Shown piece by piece: positions 1 to 10,078 of a stretch of 64,000 nt of DNA. The stretch lies in NCBI GenBank assembly GCA_046582655.1, contig JAYGDX010000110.1, forward strand, positions 18,390-82,389, given 5' to 3'. This stretch comes from Candidatus Poribacteria bacterium. GTDB lineage: Bacteria > Poribacteria > WGA-4E > UBA9662. Position 1 is the stretch's first letter. The number at the start of each line of letters is the position of its first letter. The position numbers and the translations under genes are program-made. The notes beneath the pieces were generated by a model. It saw only the letters and a program-made list of their open reading frames with translations, was not told the origin of the DNA and did no database searches.

Positions 1-394
1 AGTTGAATATTCTTCATTCGAAGAGGGTATTCTATTAGATGCCCGCCATCTCGGTACCATCCCCAATGTTTAGGATCTCCAATATAAGCAGCCATGTGCT
101 GAAGACCAATCTCTGAAAAGCAGATATCGTTCTTCATCAAACTGTTTAGAGGTTCCATGACTTTGGGATGCCGAATCAAGCTATCGAACTCGGGCGTGCT
201 GACTAGAACATCGTAATTAACTGTTTGGTGATTAGAGCAATCAAACCAAAAATCTTGTTTCTCAGCGCGATCCTGATCATAGAGATAAAGATAAAATCTA
301 GCTCTTCGTCGGTTAGGATTCTTCCCAAGGAAAGGTATCCGTTTCGCTGAAAGAATTGATAATCCTCTTGCTTCAACTTTGTGCCTTTATCCAA
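1..394 (-). pseudogene. Frameshifted PhyH-family dioxygenase (5' part, runs off the window), close paralog of 9098..10000
   Basis: The N-terminus EDYQFFQRNGYLSLGRILTDEEL is nearly identical to 9098..10000. One T is missing near 295-298; restoring it gives YLYLYDQDRAEKQDFWFD...HPKVM...ICFSEIG. The iron-ligand motif WHRD has become WYRD. Confidence 0.85.
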
Positions 395-617
395 TTAAAA
401 TTCTTTTCACGAAGCTATTATGCATGTACTAGTTTTTGCTATTTCATTAGATCGTAGCACATTTTGTACATTAGAAATAGCCTCTAAAAATCTACATATC
501 AGGCGAATACCACAAAAATATATGGTATGTACGTTCCACCCCAATTATCCATAGCAAAAGCCAAACTTCTAAATTATCAGGCATAAATAGTGTTATAATG
601 TTAATGGAATATGGACC

Positions 618-1151
618 TTGTATGCAACGTCCTGCTTTAATATGGCAAAAATAAGAATTATCAAACCCACTTCTCAAATAGAATGGCAAAAAGAATTTGA
701 CAAATTATTTGTTGAGGTTGGATGCTTTTCATGGGAAAATATGTACGACAAACAAGCACGTGAATGCTGGTGGTCATACCCAGGGAGACTAGGGCAATCA
801 CAGCCGCGAGGACGTGGTGCTTTTGAAGACATAGTTGTTCCCGACAATATATCAACGAACCAAACTCATATCACTGCTATTATGAGATTTATAAGGCAAT
901 CAGAAAGAGTATTAGAGGACAAGTACGTTACGGAAGATATTGTCAGTGAATGGTGTCAACTTGGTCAAGAAAACACAAATGAAAAATCAAGCTCGCAAGA
1001 AAAAGAGTCTGCCAAAAAACTAATTGAAAAATCCTATCGTTACCTAGAAAGGTTTTATAATGGTGAAGATATTATGAAGGATTCTGACGTTGCTAAGATG
1101 GTAATACATAGTACTTACTATAGATCAGTAATTGATCATATCAGCCATTAA
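618..1151 (+). CDS. Hypothetical protein (probable start at ATG 642), AT-rich
   Basis: 177-aa ORF with protein-like composition; no family recognised. Confidence 0.6.
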   Translation: MYATSCFNMAKIRIIKPTSQIEWQKEFDKLFVEVGCFSWENMYDKQARECWWSYPGRLGQSQPRGRGAFEDIVVPDNISTNQTHITAIMRFIRQSERVLEDKYVTEDIVSEWCQLGQENTNEKSSSQEKESAKKLIEKSYRYLERFYNGEDIMKDSDVAKMVIHSTYYRSVIDHISH

Positions 1152-1315
1152 CTATACCAAACATTGTAGATTAAGCAGGATGAAGCAATTGAACAAACCC
1201 ATATTTCATCATTATCTCAGTTTTTATATATCACCAGTGACATATAAAAGAAAATATTTACAGTATAAAGCCTAGATCGCCTTCTCAATTATGAAGGTAC
1301 CGTTTAGACTGAAAA

Positions 1316-2212
1316 ATGAATATAAAGCAATCGATTTTCAGAATAATTAGTGTGGATGACGGACGAAATATAAAGTCTCAAATCTTCGATATATTTATTT
1401 CTCTATTAATACTATTGAGTGTCTTGGCAATAGTCCTAGAATCATTTGATCATCTTACTGAAAGATATAAAAACCAATTCCATTATTTTGAAATGTTTGC
1501 AGTGGCCATCTTTACCATTGAATATGTTTTAAGATTCTGGACCAGTGATCTATTGTATTCGGATTCTCGAAATAAAGTGCGTTCTTCCATCAAGTATTTC
1601 TTTTCATTGTCTGGGCTGATCGATTTACTGGCAACTCTTCCCTTTTATGTATCGGCAGCTGGAACAGCAATTGGTGATTTTCGGTTCCTTCGGACTGGTA
1701 GACTTCTCCGTAGTCTGCGATTATTACGAATTCTTAAGTTAAATAAATATTCGAAGTCGCTGGGCTTATTAGGCGAGATCATCATGGAAAAAAAGAGCGA
1801 TTTACTGGCAGCGTTCATGTTTACTTTCGTGTTAACTGTCATTGCTGCGTCCTTAATGTATAGTGTCGAACACGAGGCCCAACCTGATAAATTCCCAAAT
1901 ATTATTGAAACATGTTGGTGGGCAGTAATCACACTGACAACTATTGGATATGGAGAAGTTACTCCGAAAACGGGTTTGGGCAAAATTGTTGGAGGATTAA
2001 TTTCAGTGCTATGTGTCGGTTTGGTAGCGTTGCCCACTGCGATTTTAAGTGCTGGTATGATCGAGAAATTACATAGAACAAGGCATGATGAAAACATGTT
2101 GGCCGAGGGGGATAAAAATCTAGAATTGGACTCTTTGAGACAAGACATAAGTGACAAAATCGAAGCTATTGATGAAAAATTAAACGAATTAATTGAAAAA
2201 ATTGAGAACTGA
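1316..2212 (+). CDS. Voltage-gated-type potassium channel (6-TM ion transport family)
   Basis: S4-like RFLRTGRLLRSLRLLRILK, pore helix WWAVITLTT, filter TIGYGE, C-terminal coiled coil. Confidence 0.93.
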   Translation: MNIKQSIFRIISVDDGRNIKSQIFDIFISLLILLSVLAIVLESFDHLTERYKNQFHYFEMFAVAIFTIEYVLRFWTSDLLYSDSRNKVRSSIKYFFSLSGLIDLLATLPFYVSAAGTAIGDFRFLRTGRLLRSLRLLRILKLNKYSKSLGLLGEIIMEKKSDLLAAFMFTFVLTVIAASLMYSVEHEAQPDKFPNIIETCWWAVITLTTIGYGEVTPKTGLGKIVGGLISVLCVGLVALPTAILSAGMIEKLHRTRHDENMLAEGDKNLELDSLRQDISDKIEAIDEKLNELIEKIEN

Positions 2213-2353
2213 GTCTTTTGTAAAAAGTATCCCAGACTCATAAGCTACACTAATTCGTCTAGACTGGCGTTAGAGCAATAATGTGAAAATCCGCTCTTCA
2301 ACTCTGAAACCAAGTTCAATTTAGGCTGTGGTTACTCCGGAATCAGGCTTTGC

Positions 2354-2488
2354 GATGCAGTCAATATCCAACAGTGGCCGATAATTCGTTTTCATGTGCT
2401 AGATTGAGGTACCTTGAGTCCAATGTGACTGGCATTTAGAACACGTTTTGAGGGTAATCCTCGCCTAACAGGATTACGTTACTGCATC
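2354..2488 (+). ncRNA. Candidate structured RNA with a 6S RNA (ssrS)-like architecture; boundaries approximate
   Basis: Closing stem GATGCAGT(C)AA..ATCC / GGAT..TTACTGCATC, an unpaired central region starting GCCGATA, and an inner stem ATGTGCTAGAT / ATTTAGAACACGT. Short motifs resemble E. coli 6S RNA. No covariance search was run. Confidence 0.35.
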
Positions 2489-2825
2489 AATGGAACAAAT
2501 TATTAACTTTGTTTCGACTAAAGGCAACGGAAAATCTGATTAGACCTATCCACTTCATTTCGGCTTTAAGGGGCATTTTCAACATAAAACAGGTGGTATT
2601 TGAAAAAAAACTAATCCAAATTAATGTTTCTGCGTCTAAACACAATTGGGCCTAGTTAAGCCATTATTTCGTGGGCTTCTCGGACTTAAGGTCTTGATAA
2701 ATTAAGCACAATATTATGTTACGTTATAGCCTAGAGGGAATGTGGATACCGATTTTGATAGTAGTTTTTTCTTGTCAGATATATTTAGATTGACGTTTTC
2801 TCTCTGGATGTAGGAGAAAACACAT

Positions 2826-4154
2826 TTGAAAACCTTTTCGCAGCTCAATCTAATTGAGCCACTTTTACGAGCCGTGTCGGCTCGGAACTACGACACGACA
2901 ACCCCAATCCAAGCGGAAACAATTCCGCCACTTCTCGCTGGGCGAGACGTTCTCGGTTGCGCCCAAACTGGCACAGGAAAAACAGCTGCTTTTGCCTTGC
3001 CTATTCTGCAACACATTGCAGAGCGACCCAGCCTTAGCAAACGCCCGTATATTCGAGCCTTGGTCTTGGCCCCAACCCGTGAACTGGCAGCACAGATTTG
3101 CACCTCCTTTGAGGCGTATAGTCAGTTCCTGAAGACCCGCCAGACGGTGATTTATGGTGGTGTCCGACCTAGTACACAGATCCAAGCACTAAAGCGTGGC
3201 ACCGATATTCTGGTCGCAACACCTGGTCGATTGCTGGATTTGCAAGAACAGGGATTTGTCGATCTGAACCAGGTTGAGTTTTTCGTTTTGGATGAAGCTG
3301 ACAGAATGCTCGATATGGGTTTCATCAATGACATTCGATCGATTATTAAGCTCTTACCAGAGCGTCGTCAAAACCTACTCTTTGCGGCGACCATGCCACA
3401 GAGTATTTCCAAGTTGGCTGACTCAGTCTTAGATCAACCGTTTCGCTTCCAAATTTCGCCCAAAAAATCGGTGATTCAGGAAATCCAGCAAGAGGTAATG
3501 TTTGTCAAACAGTCAGACAAGCGTCATTTGTTGATCCGGATCATTCGAGAAAACCAAGTTGCGCAGGCGATTGTGTTCATGAGAACCAAACATCGTGCTA
3601 GCCGTTTGGCTCAGCAACTGAACAGAACTAAAATTAATGCCGAAGCAATTCACGGTAATAAGTCGCAGGCGGCACGTGAACGCGCACTCAGAAGTTTTCG
3701 GAAGGGCGAAACTCGCATTCTGGTCGCTACTGACATCGCCGCCAGAGGGCTAGATATTGATGGTGTGAGCCACGTGTTTAATTTCGATTTACCAAACGAA
3801 GCGGAGAGCTACATTCATCGAATTGGTCGTACGGGTCGAGCAGGCAGATCTGGAATTGCAATTGCCTTCTGCGCCCCCGAGGAATACAATTATTTAAAGG
3901 ACATTGAGAAGTTGATGGGTATTCAAATCCCAGATTCGAAGGTGGATCAAGGTTGGGATAGTCAACCCACTACAACAGAAGGTAAAGCAATGCCTGAAAA
4001 GCGAGTTGGGCAAAAACCTGTCTCACTGGAAAAACAGGAGCCTAAACCCAAACGAAATAACCAAGTAAACCGAAAGTCAACCCAGTTTCGGCGTAAGAAG
4101 ACATCAACGAGTAAGTCTAAATCGCAATTACGATTTGCGGCTGCTAGTTCCTAA
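2826..4154 (+). CDS. rhlE: DEAD-box ATP-dependent RNA helicase (RhlE-like)
   Basis: Q motif, AQTGTGKT, PTRELA, TPGR, LDEAD, ARGLD, HRIGRTGR and a basic C-terminal tail; TTG start with AGGAG upstream. Confidence 0.93.
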   Translation: MKTFSQLNLIEPLLRAVSARNYDTTTPIQAETIPPLLAGRDVLGCAQTGTGKTAAFALPILQHIAERPSLSKRPYIRALVLAPTRELAAQICTSFEAYSQFLKTRQTVIYGGVRPSTQIQALKRGTDILVATPGRLLDLQEQGFVDLNQVEFFVLDEADRMLDMGFINDIRSIIKLLPERRQNLLFAATMPQSISKLADSVLDQPFRFQISPKKSVIQEIQQEVMFVKQSDKRHLLIRIIRENQVAQAIVFMRTKHRASRLAQQLNRTKINAEAIHGNKSQAARERALRSFRKGETRILVATDIAARGLDIDGVSHVFNFDLPNEAESYIHRIGRTGRAGRSGIAIAFCAPEEYNYLKDIEKLMGIQIPDSKVDQGWDSQPTTTEGKAMPEKRVGQKPVSLEKQEPKPKRNNQVNRKSTQFRRKKTSTSKSKSQLRFAAASS

Positions 4155-4175
4155 ACTGATCCAAATCTAAATCAG

Positions 4176-4209
4176 AAAGGCCGACCGGGATTCCCGGTCG
4201 GCCTTTTTT
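4176..4209 (+). terminator. Rho-independent terminator of the helicase gene
   Basis: AAAGGCCGACCGGGA-T-TCCCGGTCGGCCTTT perfect inverted repeat followed by a T-tract. Confidence 0.92.
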
Positions 4210-4330
4210 GTTTTTGACTTTAATGTGCTGATTGTATGTCCAGATCAGATAATAAAATTGTGCTGTTCATCAACTTCTTGTAGAATGGGTGGGTTGAGGG
4301 GTTTGTTCTTCTGAAAACAGGAATACGATT

Positions 4331-5416
4331 ATGAGTCAGAAACACTATCGAGCAGGAGCCATTGGCCACACTGGCGCTGGCAACTACGGTCATGGCCTCC
4401 ACCTTGCTTACCGTTACCTAGAAAATGTCGAGTTTATTGCAGTTGCGGATCCCGATCATATGGGCCGAGAAAAAGCGGTGGCAGAAACCAATGCCTTGCG
4501 AAGCTATGCTGACTACAGAGAGATGTTGGAGCGAGAAGATCTAGACATCGTCAGTGTTTGCCCTCGATGGGTAACAAATCATGTGGAGATGGTGTTAGCT
4601 TGTCTGGAAGCAGATTGTCATGTATATTGCGAAAAGCCAATGACAGCAACTTTAGCAGATGGAGACCTGATTGTTGAAACGACAGCACAGAAAGGGCTGA
4701 AAGTTGCCGTCTCTCATCAGGGAGTCTACTTCCCATCCACTCATGCACTGAAGCAGTTATTGCGGGATGGAAAAATCGGGCAAGTTGAATCGATCCGTGC
4801 GCACGGGAAACAAGATGGGCGTGGTGGGGGCGAAGATATGATAACTCTTGGAACGCATACCTTCAACATGATGCGCTTTCTAGTGGGTGATGTTGACTGG
4901 ATGACCGCTCATGTTACTGAGGCTGGAAAAGAGGTTGGACTTGACCATGTTCGCCCACCGACTGAACCCGTTGGGCCTGTAGCGGGCGATTGTATTGAAA
5001 GTTACTTCGCTTTCAAAAGTGGAGTCACTGGCTTTTATGATTCACGGAAGGATCGGTTTGGACGAGGTGGGATGGAGATCTACGGTAGACAAGGCATCAT
5101 TGCCCTGAACATAGGCCGATCTCACCAAGTCGCAATCTGTCCATATCCGTGTTGGAGAATTGGTGATCTGTCCCAACAGTGGGAAATAATCGAAATTTGC
5201 GATTCACCACCTACAAGTGAAAACTCACTCGATTATGGCAATCGTTTGGCGATCATGGACTTGATCGAGGCAATTGAACAAAATCGGAAACCACTTTCTA
5301 GTGCTAGCGATGCAGTAGCTGCCCTCGAGATGATTGTCGGTGCATACCAAGCACAACTGACCAAAGCCCGTGTCAGTTTCCCGATGAAAAATCGTCAACA
5401 CCCACTGAGTCATTAA
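4331..5416 (+). CDS. Gfo/Idh/MocA family oxidoreductase
   Basis: Rossmann N-terminus, AVADPD, LDIVSVC, HVYCEKP motif. Confidence 0.92.
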   Translation: MSQKHYRAGAIGHTGAGNYGHGLHLAYRYLENVEFIAVADPDHMGREKAVAETNALRSYADYREMLEREDLDIVSVCPRWVTNHVEMVLACLEADCHVYCEKPMTATLADGDLIVETTAQKGLKVAVSHQGVYFPSTHALKQLLRDGKIGQVESIRAHGKQDGRGGGEDMITLGTHTFNMMRFLVGDVDWMTAHVTEAGKEVGLDHVRPPTEPVGPVAGDCIESYFAFKSGVTGFYDSRKDRFGRGGMEIYGRQGIIALNIGRSHQVAICPYPCWRIGDLSQQWEIIEICDSPPTSENSLDYGNRLAIMDLIEAIEQNRKPLSSASDAVAALEMIVGAYQAQLTKARVSFPMKNRQHPLSH

Positions 5417-5437
5417 TAATTCTAAAGGAAATATCTT

Positions 5438-5750
5438 ATGAGAATAAGCATTGTCGATTGTGGCGAAAGTAGTGGGAGTTACCTATTAGAATATGCTAAT
5501 TTGAGTTAAGGAGACCCTGTTACTGTCTGCGATATTAACGAGACAGCTCCGCTCAAACGAGTTGATACCTTTAGAAGTCATAGGCAGCTAAACCAATTAC
5601 CAGCGATGGCACATCCCACCAACGAAAAAAGTAACTACCATCCACTAACCGAAGGATAACTAATGAGAATATACAGATAAATGACGGCATATATACCGTG
5701 ACAGCTTGGAAACACATTAAACTTGTGTCCCGTTTTTTTATGGTGTGATA
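5438..5750 (+). pseudogene. Degraded remnant of a second Gfo/Idh/MocA oxidoreductase (3' boundary approximate)
   Basis: AAGGA RBS then MRISIVDCGESSGSYL...*GDPVTVCDINE, matching the MRIGIVGCG...VAVCDI N-terminus of the family, with stops. Confidence 0.55.
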
Positions 5751-5792
5751 TATTATCAGCGTTATTTTTTTCAGGTTTAAAGATAAATATGA

Positions 5793-6719
5793 TTGGGGTA
5801 CCCGATGATAAAACATAACGAAGTAGATAGGTCGTTTGATTGTAAACCAACTTTAACCGATTCGCAGGTATTGGAATTTTGCCATAATGGTTTTCTGGTT
5901 TTGAAAGGTGTGGTTGATGATGAAACTAATCAACTCACCTGTGCCTATCTAAATGGAGAGATACCTTCCAATCCAAGTTTCATTCCTAAAAGTTTGACAA
6001 ACGAGGACCTAGATCGGATTCGCAATTCACATGAACCAAGTACGCTGCTTCTTGAAAGGTGGTTCATCAAAAATGTTCTTCTTAATTCACAATTGGCAGG
6101 TGCACTACGCTCATTACTTGGTAAAAACGTAGGGTTACCCGTCTTGGTGAGCAGGCATACTACTGAATGTCCATCTCCTACACAAGGATGGCATCACGAC
6201 GCAGATCACATATTCGGGCCTGAACTCAATTTCCTAGAGGTGTTTTACTATCCTCAAGATACTCCAGAAGAAATGGGGCCAACTGAAGTTGTTCCCGGGT
6301 CCCATATTACTCGCACACACCGTGAAGCGGAAGATAAAGGTGTCTCTGCTGCTGGTCCGGCGGGAACGCTTTCCATCCACTCTCAAAGCATCTTGCATCG
6401 CAAAGGTGAATCGACCGCTACGGGAACACGCCACATGATAAAATACGATTATTGGCGTACGGTTCCTCCTCAAAGAGATTGGATCGTTGAGCCAAACTTC
6501 GACTTTCAGAAGGCTCATTATGGCCATCACGGCACCGCCAGATACATTGCTCATATGTTTTATTGGTTATGTGGAAAAGGCGAAGAATATCGGATCATCG
6601 GTGGACAAGGATGGCCTTGGTCAAGTGTAAACCAAATTGGTCCGTCCTATGGCTTTGCTAAAACTGAAGGCTATCTTCCGAACTGGCGAAAGAATAATTC
6701 GGACGATTACGCGAGCTAA
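5793..6719 (+). CDS. PhyH-family Fe(II)/2OG dioxygenase (probable start ATG 5805)
   Basis: LTDSQVLEFCHNGFLVL, WHHD, YYPQDTPEEMGPTEVVPGSH, distal LHR. Confidence 0.9.
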   Translation: MGYPMIKHNEVDRSFDCKPTLTDSQVLEFCHNGFLVLKGVVDDETNQLTCAYLNGEIPSNPSFIPKSLTNEDLDRIRNSHEPSTLLLERWFIKNVLLNSQLAGALRSLLGKNVGLPVLVSRHTTECPSPTQGWHHDADHIFGPELNFLEVFYYPQDTPEEMGPTEVVPGSHITRTHREAEDKGVSAAGPAGTLSIHSQSILHRKGESTATGTRHMIKYDYWRTVPPQRDWIVEPNFDFQKAHYGHHGTARYIAHMFYWLCGKGEEYRIIGGQGWPWSSVNQIGPSYGFAKTEGYLPNWRKNNSDDYAS

Positions 6720-7490
6720 AAGGTTGCTTGCCGTTTGCAGTTAGAATGGCCTTTGTCCACATTGGCAAGTTGCTTGCACGTGCAAAGAGCCCGTTCTCTT
6801 ATTAATCTTGGAGAATAGAACAGGTCTACAGTAGCCAAATTCGACCTCTCGCTTAAGTCAAAGAAACAGAAGCTCGGAGATTTTTGAGCCACACATTGCA
6901 TAGGGATTTAGCTGTCTCTCAGCTAGGACTCTGGTGAGTTTCACTGCTTGCGCAGGAGATCTACTCGACTCTATACAGGTAGTCAATCGCTATGGTAACA
7001 AATAGATTGACGGATGAAGGTTTTTTTAGGCTTCGATGTCGTTGTTCTTATTAAAATTGGAAAATTGTCAAGAACTCTTGATCAATTGGACTTACAATGC
7101 CCATCCAATCCAGTATTTAGGCATTCGGTCCGAAACAAAGTTCGCCTCTCACCCCCTCCATCTTGAAAGTAATGAATTGATTGACGAGTGCTCCTATTCT
7201 TTTAGAGTTGCTTTGCCCTCGATTGCACAAAGTTCAAGATATATAAATGGAGAAATAATTGGTATGAATATTGTTACTACCACAGGCTATGCTCTACTAA
7301 TATAAAACAACCAAATGTTTTCTATAAACATTTACAGAAAAGTAGATTATATTGACAGAAGTCTAATCTCAAATGTCAGGGTTACAGAGCTTGAAATGAT
7401 TAGGTTGACACAGTAAAATAGCTTCCAGCTTAGAGTAATCAATCTCATGGAAGAAAATATCAAGCAAATAATAGTGATGAGGATAGATCA

Positions 7491-8300
7491 ATGTTGAATG
7501 CCGACCAGATTAAAGATTTCCAGCAGGACGGCTTTTTGCTCGGAGATCGCATTTTGGATGACGATCAGGTGGAAGAACTTCGAGAGGAACTGGATCGTGT
7601 TATTGCTGAGAGACCGGAGAAACCAGATCTCAGCCAGTCAAAAGCGACGCGCATTGCCAATCTGGGTGGTAACCCAGATACGCCAGTTTGGCAAATTGTC
7701 AATATGTGGCAAGCTAGCGAAGCTTTTCGTGCCTTAACCTTTCACTCGATAATTGTCGAAGAAGTTGCGCAATTACTGAATGCCGAGGAACTACGTGTCT
7801 GGCATGACCAAGTTCAGTATAAGCCGTCGGGGATCGGTGGTATCACCGGGTGGCATCAGGATTCTCCTGCCTGGCCCAATATTGCACCGAAAACAACACA
7901 AATTTCGTCGTGGGTCGCGTTAGATGATGTTGATGAATCGAACGGTTGTATGAGCATGATTCAAGGGTCACATAAATGGGGCGTTTGCGGACATTTCTTA
8001 CACCAGATGAAGTCTTTTCAAGACGTGCCCACATTGTTCGAAAACCAGGAACTTCACGTTGTTTTGCGGCCTGTAAAAAAAGGTTATGTTCATTATCACC
8101 ATGCTTTAGCTTGGCATGGATCCCATCAAAATACCAGTGGCCGTAGACGGCGTGCTATTGCTAATCACTACATGACTGAAAATACTGTCTACGATGAAAC
8201 TGGTGGACACCTTATGAAGCCGTTTGTAACTGTTGCTCACGGTGAGAAACTCGTTGGAGATGTGTTTCCTCTAGTGTGGCAGAAAGATAGCGAGGTGTAA
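7491..8300 (+). CDS. PhyH-family Fe(II)/2OG dioxygenase
   Basis: FQQDGFL, WHQD, WVALDDVDESNGCM..GSH, WHGS, RRRA. Confidence 0.93.
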   Translation: MLNADQIKDFQQDGFLLGDRILDDDQVEELREELDRVIAERPEKPDLSQSKATRIANLGGNPDTPVWQIVNMWQASEAFRALTFHSIIVEEVAQLLNAEELRVWHDQVQYKPSGIGGITGWHQDSPAWPNIAPKTTQISSWVALDDVDESNGCMSMIQGSHKWGVCGHFLHQMKSFQDVPTLFENQELHVVLRPVKKGYVHYHHALAWHGSHQNTSGRRRRAIANHYMTENTVYDETGGHLMKPFVTVAHGEKLVGDVFPLVWQKDSEV

Positions 8301-8301
8301 A

Positions 8302-9045
8302 TTGACAAACGAGGAAAAATTTATTGTTGATCTGGAGGGATACTTGGTGATTAAAAACGTCCTGACAAAAGACGAAATTGTGGAAATGAACCAGATCATC
8401 GACAATGGGGACAGAAACGGCCCACCAAGTCGCTGGGGAGAACCTTTTAAAAAATTGATTGATCATCCCAAGATTCTGCCTTATTTGATTGAGTTAATTG
8501 GTCCAAGCGTCCGGCTAGATCATGACTACGCTATTTTTATGCAAAACGGCAGTTCGGGAGGTGGACTTCATGGAGGGGAGGATGGTGGTAGACCAGGAGG
8601 TAATGAAGGAGATCATTGGTACAAGTGCCGAGACGGCGTAATCCGCAATGGTTTGTGTGTGATAACCTACAATCTTGCTCCTGCAAAGCCTGGTGATGGT
8701 GGTTTCGCCTGCATCCCTGGCAGCCACAAAAGCTATTTTTTGCGCAATTTGCCTGATGAAGTTCGTCATTTTCAGAGGCAGACCCATTATGTGGTTCAGC
8801 CAGAAGTTGAAGTTGGAGATGTTGTGTTCTTTACCGAAGCGCTAATACACGGTACGATGCCATGGACAGCCGAAAACGAACGACGTTCTTTACTCTACAA
8901 ATACAGTCCAGGACATTCCGCTTGGTCCGGAAACTACTATAACCTCAATGATTACGAAGAATTGACGGAAAGGCAAAAGCTAATGTTAGCTCCACCCTCT
9001 ATTGGTGGAAGATCTAGTATTACACTTGATGATAATAAGGGGTAG
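8302..9045 (+). CDS. PhyH-fold Fe(II)/2OG enzyme with an H-G-G in place of H-x-D
   Basis: DLEGYLVIKNVL, LIDHPKI, LHGG, GGFACIPGSHK, FTEALIHGT, ERRS; TTG start 1 nt after the upstream stop. Confidence 0.9.
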   Translation: MTNEEKFIVDLEGYLVIKNVLTKDEIVEMNQIIDNGDRNGPPSRWGEPFKKLIDHPKILPYLIELIGPSVRLDHDYAIFMQNGSSGGGLHGGEDGGRPGGNEGDHWYKCRDGVIRNGLCVITYNLAPAKPGDGGFACIPGSHKSYFLRNLPDEVRHFQRQTHYVVQPEVEVGDVVFFTEALIHGTMPWTAENERRSLLYKYSPGHSAWSGNYYNLNDYEELTERQKLMLAPPSIGGRSSITLDDNKG

Positions 9046-9097
9046 CTCGGAATCAGGCAGGTATTTGGATGAGTGACCCAAGGGTCTGTATCTGCTA

Positions 9098-10000
9098 ATG
9101 AGAGTTCTTCGCTACAACCGGATGCAAAATGACATGGAAATTTGGCAGGAAATGAAAGCAGAAGACTATCAATTCTTTCAGCAAAACGGATACCTTTCCT
9201 TGGGAAGAATCCTAACCGACGAAGAGTTAGGCTTTTACCTACACCTTTATGACCAGGATCGTGCTGAGAAACAGGATTTTTGGTTTGATTATGGACATCA
9301 TCACCAGACAGCAAACTACGATGTTCTTGTTAGTACGCCTGAATTTGATAGTTTGGTTCGACATCCCAAAGTCATGAGACCTCTAAACAATTTAATGGAG
9401 AACGATATTTGCTTTTCGGAGATTGGTATAAGACACATGGCTGCCTATACTGGAGAACCAAGACATTGTGTTTGGCATCGAGACGGTGATGTTCACGGAG
9501 GAAGGCATCTAATGGGACACCCACTGAGGATAAGGAATGTTCAACTGATGGTTTATTTGTCGGATGTTGATGAAACAACCCACTGTTTCTCTATTTCACC
9601 GGAATCAGTTGATCAACCGGTCTTGCAAAAAGGGGAGCAGTTGAAAAAAGGAGGAATCCATAATCTACACGGTCAAGCAGGAACAGCTGTTTTGTTTAAT
9701 TTTTCCGTCCTACATACTGCAACCGTACGCGTAACTCAGAAAGAACGAAAAACTGCTCAGATTTATTACGGACATCGGAATCGACCGCATATGGCCAACG
9801 ATTCTCTAATACCAGTTGATTTCTGGCGAGATCACCCAGATGTAGAAGTCCGCGCCTTCTACGGGGTTCTAAACGATAAGACGCGCAAATATCTGGAAAT
9901 AGCAGGAGCTAAAAAGCATTCCTTAAAAGGATCAACAGAGATCTTGTATGAAATTGATTATAAAAATCGACGAAAGCGGTCGCTGGCACAAAATGCGTAG
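9098..10000 (+). CDS. PhyH-family Fe(II)/2OG dioxygenase (true start probably 9134 or 9152)
   Basis: FQQNGYL, WHRD, QLMVYLSDV, GQAGTAVLF, LHTA, ERK. Confidence 0.9.
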   Translation: MRVLRYNRMQNDMEIWQEMKAEDYQFFQQNGYLSLGRILTDEELGFYLHLYDQDRAEKQDFWFDYGHHHQTANYDVLVSTPEFDSLVRHPKVMRPLNNLMENDICFSEIGIRHMAAYTGEPRHCVWHRDGDVHGGRHLMGHPLRIRNVQLMVYLSDVDETTHCFSISPESVDQPVLQKGEQLKKGGIHNLHGQAGTAVLFNFSVLHTATVRVTQKERKTAQIYYGHRNRPHMANDSLIPVDFWRDHPDVEVRAFYGVLNDKTRKYLEIAGAKKHSLKGSTEILYEIDYKNRRKRSLAQNA

Positions 10001-10078
10001 GGAGGAAGCTTCTCTCCTGACATGAGTATGGACTATTAGTTTGCAAATTATCAATGAATCAGCAAAAGAGGTGGTAAT

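Noticed and set aside
1645..2241. Long antisense and alternative-frame ORFs (also 16980..17528, 50866..51438 and many of 60-140 aa)
   Set aside because: They are shadows of well-supported genes and have no recognisable motifs.
6720..7490. ORFs 6716..6901 and 7036..7305
   Set aside because: No RBS or family motif; likely eroded sequence.
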